This document shows, piece by piece, positions 54,281 through 64,000 of a stretch of 64,000 nt of DNA. The notes under the pieces were generated by a model, which worked only from the letters and a program-made list of their open reading frames with translations, made no database searches and was not told the origin of the DNA. This DNA comes from Eledone cirrhosa (lineage: Eukaryota): NCBI GenBank assembly GCA_964016885.1, contig OZ024742.1, positions 172,980,001 to 173,044,000 of the forward strand. Reading direction: 5' to 3'. A program made the translations under genes and the position numbers. The number at the start of each line of letters is the position of its first letter. The first letter of the stretch is position 1.

Positions 54281-54550
54281 AATTACTAATGTTATAAAGA
54301 AAAAAAAAAAAAATGTTATTAATTGAGATGTTATTAACATTAATATAACGTGGTATTTGTGGTAAAAGATGAAAAGTAAAAGATGAAAAGTAACAGATTA
54401 ATGTAAGTTCTATGTTCTCTCAACGTATCTTAAATATGCCGACGTAGACAAACACAGAAACAGTTGTATATATTTATACACATGTATGACTATGTATATA
54501 TCAATGTATCTATATGCATATGTATAGATATGTGTATGCATGTATATTAT

Positions 54551-54592
<42 letters not shown>

Positions 54593-54597
54593 GAGTG

Positions 54598-54693
<96 letters not shown>

Positions 54694-55020
54694 TGTGTAT
54701 ATATATATATGCAAATTGAAATGATGTAATTTAATAACTGTGTGTGCCGAAGAGCAAAGCGGCCTATATTATTATTAACATTTTAAAATGTAATTGTGTG
54801 TTTGTGTGTGTGCGTGTTTGTGCGTGCTGTGTTTGTTGGTGCTATGTGTGTGTATGTGTGCGTGTGTGTGTGTGGGTGTGGGTGGGTGTATGTATGTATG
54901 TGTGCGTGGGTGTTTGTGTGTATGTGTGCGTATGCCTATGTGTTTAACTAAATGCAGAATAATCAACCGCGTCAAATCCGAGACAGGATTATTCAGCAAG
55001 AAAATTTCGATTAACATAAA

Positions 55021-55208
55021 TAATTGTTTCTACTTTTTGGCACAAGGCCAGCAATTACCCAGTCAGTACATTACTGGTACTTTATTATATCGACCCCGTA
55101 AGGATGAAAGGCAAAGTTAACCTCGACGGGATTTGAACTCAGACCGTAAAGGGGCGTAACTATGCTGGAAAGCATGGCGTCCGACCCTCTACCGATACTG
55201 CCAATTCA
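55021..55208 (-). mobile_element. tRNA-derived SINE with TSD
   Basis: TSD tcgattaacataaataat occurs on both sides. Confidence 0.9.
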
Positions 55209-55369
55209 TCGATTAACATAAATAATAAAACTTGGAAGCTTAATGACCTTCCAGCGTTAATGTTACAATTACTTAAGTGAAAAGAATGGAGGGAATGGAC
55301 CTCGATCGGTTTCGACGACGAGTGTTCCAATTATTCGAAAATGGTACTCACTAAATTAACACATACGTG

Positions 55370-55720
55370 CTTGACCATACGTGCACTTCAATGTAGCTTT
55401 CAGGAAGATTTAGTTGACCACTTGGAATTATATGTACAGTCCATCTGATTGATTTCCAAACAGTTTGCACTAGTTTCATTAGCATATCATGTGTCGACCT
55501 GTAGCTCTGACATAATGATACTCATCAAATATGCCATGTAGTGGGGCAAACTCTCGACCTAATGATTTCTATGAAAACTCTTGACCATTCACCAATGCAT
55601 CTTCGAAAGAAGTGAAAGAAAAGCAAATAAAGAAGGTAATTGTCCGATTGGACGAAGGAATCAATTGATAGGTGTGGCTTTGAGCACAGATCGCCATGAG
55701 CCGGATCAGATACCGATGTC
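55370..55720 (-). pseudogene. Possible highly decayed mariner transposase HTH fragment
   Basis: The minus strand loosely resembles the mariner 'GTVH.IL..QL...CARWV' region. Confidence 0.3.
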
Positions 55721-55797
55721 CTAGTTATAAACGAATAAGCATTTTCGTTCCCATATTTCTACTCGAATAAAAAACTATTGATTAATTGATTCATGAA

Positions 55798-56018
55798 TAA
55801 TGATTTCCTATATAGGCACAATGCCAGCAATCTTTGAGGGGATGGGAAAGTCGACAAAATCGACTCCAATGTGTGACTGGTACTTTATTATCGACCTCGA
55901 AAGGATGAATGGCAAAGATAACCTCGGCGGGATTTGAACTCAGATCATAAAGGGTCGTAACTCTATGATGCAAAGCATGGCGTCCGGCCCTCTACCGATA
56001 CTGCCAATCTACCGCCCT
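55798..56018 (-). mobile_element. tRNA-derived SINE (longer subfamily) with TSD
   Basis: TSD aattgattcatgaataat occurs on both sides. Confidence 0.9.
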
Positions 56019-56122
56019 AAATTGATTCATGAATAATTTTAAGGATTTAATAAGATCAATAATTTGTTTAGTATTATTAGTATTATCATCATTCATGGTG
56101 TCATTAATTTATTATTAGTCAT

Positions 56123-56312
56123 AGTGGATTGGCAGTATCGGTAGAGAGTCGGACACCATGCTTTGAAACATAGAGTAACGTCCCTTTACGGTCTGAGTTC
56201 AAATCCCGCCGAGGTTAATTTTGCCTTTCATCCTTACGGGGTCGATAAAATAAAGTACCATTAATACACTGGATAATTGCTGGCCTTGTGCCAAAAGTAG
56301 AAACAATTAATT
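56123..56312 (+). mobile_element. tRNA-derived SINE
   Basis: Same family as 13471. A diverged minus-strand copy follows at ~56325-56540. Confidence 0.9.
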
Positions 56313-57295
56313 TATTATTTGTAACAATAGTTTCTGAATTAGGCAACAGGGAAGCATTTTTTGGGGAAGGAAATTGAAGTATTTCGACCCCAGTGCGTTG
56401 CTGGTATATTATGTTATCTACACCGTCGATCAAAGCCAATGATAAACACGGTGGGTTTTGAATTCAGAACGTAATTCGATTTAACTGTATGCCACGAAGC
56501 ACGAAACTGACGATCCTCCGATAGTGCCAATCCACTACACTTTTATTAAATGTTACATAAATATTACATTATTCAGATAGAATTTGTAGCAGAATATAAA
56601 CAAAATTGTATCTCGTACTGAATTTTGTTAGAAAAGTTTCATTTAAATAAGAAACCTTTAAAATACGTAGGCGATTATATTTCGTGAAAACAGAGATAGT
56701 TTGGACGTGCTGATATCGAAAGCTTTGACTACAATCGAATTATATTACAATAAGTTAATTATATAGACAATATAATTAAAGTTTGGTAAATACCAATTAT
56801 ATAAACATCTTCGTCTGAGGGAAAAAAATGCGATATAGTTGGTGCTCCTGATACATTATATTCTTTATTAGGTTACATAAACTAATATTATCTACTACTA
56901 AAATACTAACAGACGCATGTATATTGGTAGTGAAACATTGGTTCACGAACACTTCACATCACGAACTAATCGGTTCATGAACAACACTTCCGAATATAAA
57001 CGTCTCGGTTCACGACGGTGTCTCGCGTAACAAGCACGCAATTCATCAGCGATGGGTGGTAGCAGGACTGGAGTATCGGTGGAAAGCCTGATTTGCTGTG
57101 TAGTTAGATACTATGGTGATATCTATCAACCTTTCACAAACAGTCTCTCTCTTATTGTATTTCTCATTCAACTTTTCGAATGGGACAAATAATTTCAGTT
57201 TACAAAAATTTCGAGTGAGTGACGTCCATCAGAAACAAATTATGTCCGTAAACAGATGCGCACACACACTAATCACCACTGGAGGGCGGCCGACC

Positions 57296-57352
57296 GGGGT
57301 AGAAGCTGGTAAAAGCTGGTAAAAGCTGGTAGAAGCTGGTAGAAGCTGGTAA
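57296..57352. repeat. 10-bp tandem repeat (a[g/a]aagctggt) x5
   Basis: Read directly from the sequence. Confidence 0.9.
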
Positions 57353-57427
57353 ATGTTCGGTCGACCCCATGTCTCTGATTTTCAGCCCCTTGGATTTTAT
57401 CTATTATACTCCTTTGTTATATTTCGA

Positions 57428-57485
57428 ATACCTGATGATGTCACCGTATTCATACTGAACCCGGTCATTGAAATAATCATAGTAT
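57428..57485 (+). ncRNA. Type I hammerhead ribozyme
   Basis: AUAC-CUGAUGA-UGUCACCG..CGGUCAUU-GAAA-UAAUCA-UA-GUAU, about 55 nt before a TA-rich tract. Confidence 0.7.
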
Positions 57486-57639
57486 AATAAACCTTTTAAG
57501 GAATTACACCAGTCCAGCCTCCTCTTATCTCATAAACATATCTATATCGATATATATATATCTATATATATATATACACACATATTTTGGAGGGAATCGA
57601 TCGACTTTCATCAAATCGGACCTAGGAAACAATGTTTCC

Positions 57640-57808
57640 GTTGGTCTTTCCAATTGCTAATATTATCTATCGGTCGCAACTCCAGATAGAAGGAGCAACG
57701 TGAAATAAAGTGTCTTGATCAAGGACATAACGCATCCCCCGGTCCAGGAATCGTACTCACAACCTCAAGATTGTGAATCCAATTCTCTAACCACTCAGCC
57801 ACACGCCA
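57640..57808 (-). mobile_element. Second tRNA-derived SINE family
   Basis: Minus strand ggcgtgtggctgagtggttag (A box), gagtacgattcc (B-like) and tgtccttgatcaagacactttattt core. Confidence 0.7.
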
Positions 57809-57819
57809 ACCACGTATAC

Positions 57820-57847
<28 letters not shown>

Positions 57848-57850
<3 letters not shown>

Positions 57851-58501
57851 GAGAACGATTAAATGAACACTGGCGAGAACTTCAAGATAGAAAATAATCA
57901 TTAGTACTCCACCAACATGCTAAAATATAACATAAGGGAAAATTAGAGAACATAGAAATAAAAGTAAAATCTACAAACAGAAAAGAGGCAATAAACATAA
58001 ATGAACTCCAACCAAACTTAAATAGAAAACATGAATGGAATAGCAACATCTCAACTTACAATTAAGGACAAAATGAAAACACACACACATAGAACAAATA
58101 ACAAACCAGTAACATGTAAATAAACAAATAAATAAACAAATAAAAACACACACAGACGCCCGGATGAAACACATGCGGAAACTAAGCACACAACACACAC
58201 AAAAACAAGATGGCGTGGGACACAACAAAGGAGAGGCACAAAACAAAGATAAGAATCTCCAGTCACTGAAGAGATCACAGAATGTGTGACGAAAGAACTT
58301 CGACAATATATAAACAACCGTCCGGTAGTGAAACCAACCAAACAACCGGAAATTTATAAACTTTTAAATTTATAATAAATTGGAGTGAAAGCTCCTGGTG
58401 CGTGTGTTTCTTATTGGCAACATGACCCTTCCAAAGAATAACAATATCGGTTTCAACACACATTTTCATATAAAGAAACTTGCTAAACAAATTCAGAAAC
58501 G

Positions 58502-58505
<4 letters not shown>
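57848..58505 (+). mobile_element. PLE 3' fragment, same family as 37505-38958, with an HHR-like motif at 58262-58304
   Basis: Reverse complement of ~37505-38192. It reads IGERLNEHWRELQDRK* and contains gtca-ctgaaga-gatcaca..tgtgac-gaaa. Confidence 0.85.
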
Positions 58506-58551
<46 letters not shown>

Positions 58552-59340
58552 AAAGAGATGAAATCGAAAATGCAACTGAAGTCTTATTTTTTTTTTTAAA
58601 TATATATATTTATTTGGTTCCTTTACCGGTTTCGCAGTTCTTCTGCTTTTCAAAAGGTGAGTTGAGATGGAGGGTCTGTGGTTTTTCTCACATCTGGTTG
58701 GTCTCTAAATGTTACTTGTTTTATATGGAAAAAGTGGCTCGAAAGCCAGGTTTTTCGAGAAGTAATTTGATTGGTTTGTCAATAATTATAATAAATTTCG
58801 CGCCAGTTCGCGTTACAATAGTTCTTCAAATAAGAGAGGGGGGGTTGTCACAGGTTGTTTTTTCATATATGAGTGTTTGAATTTCTTTTTACTTGAAAAA
58901 AGGAGACTGACGAAGGCTTTTTTTTGGTTGGTTATAAATGAAATTTGGCTGTCACGTGAACAAGTTTTCATTACATTTTTGCGCCCTTATTTGGAAAACT
59001 ATTCTGTAGTCTTTATAGTGAATGTTATGACAATGAAGAGATAGTGGTCAAGGGAAAAGGAAATGGGAGAAATGTTCTCGTTCAGTGAATATGGCTAGCT
59101 GTCAGAGTTCAGATTTTCTATTGAGACTGAAGATATGTGTTTATTTGTGTGCTTGTGTCTGTGTATATGTGTGTGTGTGTGTGTGTGTATGTGTGTATTG
59201 GAAGATGATTCTATTAGTAGCGATGGGGGAGGGCGTTGTGTGTGTGTGTATATGGGTGTTATGTGTGTGTGTGCGAGTATGTTAAGATGGAGAGAATATA
59301 TATTTTGTGTGTGTGTATATATATATGTGTGTAGGAAAGT

Positions 59341-59389
<49 letters not shown>

Positions 59390-59420
59390 CGTTTCTGAAT
59401 TTGTTTAGCAAGATTCTTTA

Positions 59421-61478
<2,058 letters not shown>

Positions 61479-61727
61479 CAACTGATGTCTGTGTGTGTGT
61501 CCTCATTTTTGCAAAGTCTATACAAATTCACATTTCTATTCCGAGTGAATTCAAACTTGCATTTATATATTCCCCGCGGTCTAAAGATATTAACTGCAGG
61601 TGTTTTTTTTTCAATTTTCTGTTGTTAAAGGGGGGTTAGGCGCCGATTATCCATCTCCGTCGCGCTCTTATAATATCTGTCTGTATACCTGCCCCTCTGC
61701 ATTACGACATTCTGACAAATATTGATG

Positions 61728-61927
61728 ACGTATTATGTTCGCTATTATCCGTTCATTACCAGGGAACATCTTTACTAACCAAAGTATCGTCTCCTGTTTT
61801 CCTTCGGTTGCAACGTTTTTCGAATTATTTACTTCTGCGTTCACAGATTGTAGTTTTTAGTTTCAGTAGGTCTCGTTACCGGTGAAAGCAACGATTCTTT
61901 GCTTAAACTTTGATCTGTTATTTTAAT
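61728..61927 (+). mobile_element. Family D copy with a degenerate HHR
   Basis: Similar to 16474-16675. Confidence 0.7.
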
Positions 61928-62707
61928 CTATATATGTATATATATAAAACTGAGGAATGATGCATGTATGTATGTATATATATATACTTGTATGTATGTA
62001 TGTTCGTGGGGTAAGTTTTTAATTAATCTTTGTATTCTGAAATATCAAAATACAACAATTCTTTGCTCACTAGACTCGGGAATATCGTGACAGAAGTTTG
62101 TGAAAGTTACACAAATATTGTCGTATATTTTACCAGAGCAATCCTTATTTATATTTTACATTTTACATTTAGTTACATCTCAATATAACATGGCTAAAAT
62201 TCAAATTTTGCAAAGAGAAGAAAATGGACAAATGAACTAGATACATCTCACAATAACATCTCCACCACCCCCCCACCCCCCACCACCACCACCACATTTA
62301 TATTATCCTATCTAGACTAAAGTCACCGACCTGTTGTCAAACTCTCTACTTCGTGTTGAATGTGTATGTGTGTGTATGTATATATATATATATATATATG
62401 TATGTATATGTGTGTATATACATCACTCAGTCAAACGACCAGATTTCAACCCCAACATCTACAACAACAACACTGGCACTAATGTTTACAGCAACAACAG
62501 CTTCAGAATGAATTGAAATGAACATTTACAACAACAACAGCGGCATCAAACGATAAATAAAAACCCCAAAATACAAAATAACAAAACACACACACACACA
62601 CACACACAATTCAATAACACCAACTGCCACCACCACACCACCTACACCACCACCACCATCCACCATCACGAGCGATTGGGCCTTAAGAAAACAACAACTT
62701 TAATAAT

Positions 62708-62860
62708 AATAATTGTTCTGCTTTTGTCACGGAGCCAGCGATTGTACCAGCGCATTACTGGTGCTCTCTTTTGTTGACTCCGTGGGGATGAAAGGCAAGG
62801 CTGACCTTTGCGGGATTTGAGCTCGGAGCGTGGAGGGCCATAGCTCTATACTGTAAAGCA
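62708..62860 (-). mobile_element. Diverged tRNA-derived SINE
   Basis: ggatgaaaggcaaggctgacctttgcgggatttgagctc. Confidence 0.75.
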
Positions 62861-63051
62861 ATTATAATAATACTGAACGGTAACAAGAAGGGCTTCAAAT
62901 ATACGAACTCTTTTGAAAGTCAAGAGTTGACATAATCTTGTAATCTTGTATCAGTAATGACAGTAATATATATACATATATATATATATATATACATATA
63001 TAGATAGATAGATAAATATACACGGGTGAGTATGATTGTGTATAGAAGATT

Positions 63052-63214
63052 ATATTAATAAGAGGAATTCCAACTTTTTCTGATTTACTCGTTTTATTTA
63101 CAATCCTTTAACATTTTTTTAAATTTATAATGGTATTATAATACCATTATAAATTTTAAAGGATCGTAAATAAAACGAGTAAATCAGACAAAGTTGGAAT
63201 TCCTCTTATTAATA
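63052..63214. repeat. Fold-back mini-element
   Basis: attaataagaggaattccaacttt..ataatggtattataataccattat..aaagttggaattcctcttattaat. Confidence 0.88.
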
Positions 63215-63698
63215 TATATATATATATACATAAATATGTGTGTGTGTTTGTTTGTATGTATGAATGTTGGAGTGTGCGCGCGTATGTATGTGTCTGTGAG
63301 GGTGTGTATGTCGTACGTATAAGTGTCAATAAATGAGTTTCTATTTTTATTTTTATGCGCGGGGACATAGAAATAGTCGGGCTGGATACCCGATCGCGCA
63401 GTTAAACCAGTGGGAGTGAAGAATCCCTTCCCTTGTCAGGCCATTCTTCTAGGAGAAGGCATCTCCGGAAACTGGGTTAACTCCGACATAAAACTTGCGG
63501 TTCTGTAGTTTCCGATGATGTTGATCTTTTCTTCTTTTCGGGTTAGAGCTACTGTCGCTCAGAGAGTGGGTTGGCTCAGTGCACAGTCCTTCCTCACATT
63601 AAACATATTCATCACGCACAGGCATTGCACGATTGGATTAATTAATAATTATTAATAGTGTATTATTATTATTATTATTGCTGTCTTGTGTGTTTATG

Positions 63699-64000
63699 TC
63701 GAACACCTGTTGTCGCGTGTGGGACGGATCCAGCTATCAGCTGAGACCATCGTGAGGATTGCCCCGCCCTCTTCCTTTAGCCGGGAAGGGCAGGCAGTTT
63801 TTATCTGTCTGGTGGCCATGGCGAAAGAGATAGTGTGGTGGACTCGTTTGAAAGGGATGAAGACGAGCACTTACCTCTTCGGTGATGCCCTGTTTAACTT
63901 TTTCAAATTTCATTTGAAAAGGAAAATCAGGGTAGAAAGGGAAGTGCTCTCTTCCCAGCATTTTGTTGAAAGATGGGTGAGAGAAGCAAGTATGGCCCGA
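63699..64000 (+). pseudogene. Tx1/L1-like ORF2 C-terminal fragment running off the window
   Basis: Open frame EHLLSRVGRIQLSAETIV..FICLVAMAKEIVWWTRLKG..FFKFHLKRKIRVEREVL..FVERW. Confidence 0.6.

Noticed and set aside
56925-57060. Tigger/pogo-like terminal repeat fragment (also ~38985-39240)
   Set aside because: No matching opposite TIR could be confirmed, so it was left unannotated.

Overview
This is an AT-rich eukaryotic window, most likely octopus or another cephalopod; that assignment is inferred from the SINE family and repeat landscape. I found no confidently identifiable host gene. The window is almost entirely (TA)n/(CA)n/(GA)n microsatellites alternating with mobile-element remnants. 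These include at least 7 Penelope-like element (PLE) coding remnants (RT and/or GIY-YIG), a decayed autonomous Helitron, a non-autonomous Helitron, an IR/DR-type Tc1 transposon, a GC-rich CRE-like RLE retrotransposon with an N-terminal PHD-type finger, RTE and Tx1/L1 fragments, and many tRNA-derived SINEs. The main unannotated signal is about 25 type I hammerhead ribozyme (HHR) motifs, identified by eye, from more than 10 sequence families. Many have long stem-II inserts, palindromic stem III or position-4 core variants. They sit in insertions bounded by (TA)n tracts and built as two outward-pointing 3' ends. Several fold-back junctions map on or near the HHR cleavage site, and some insertions join arms from two different families. 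One of these is a ~535-bp retrozyme-like tandem array capped by a PLE 3' end. Coordinates were read manually and element boundaries are approximate.
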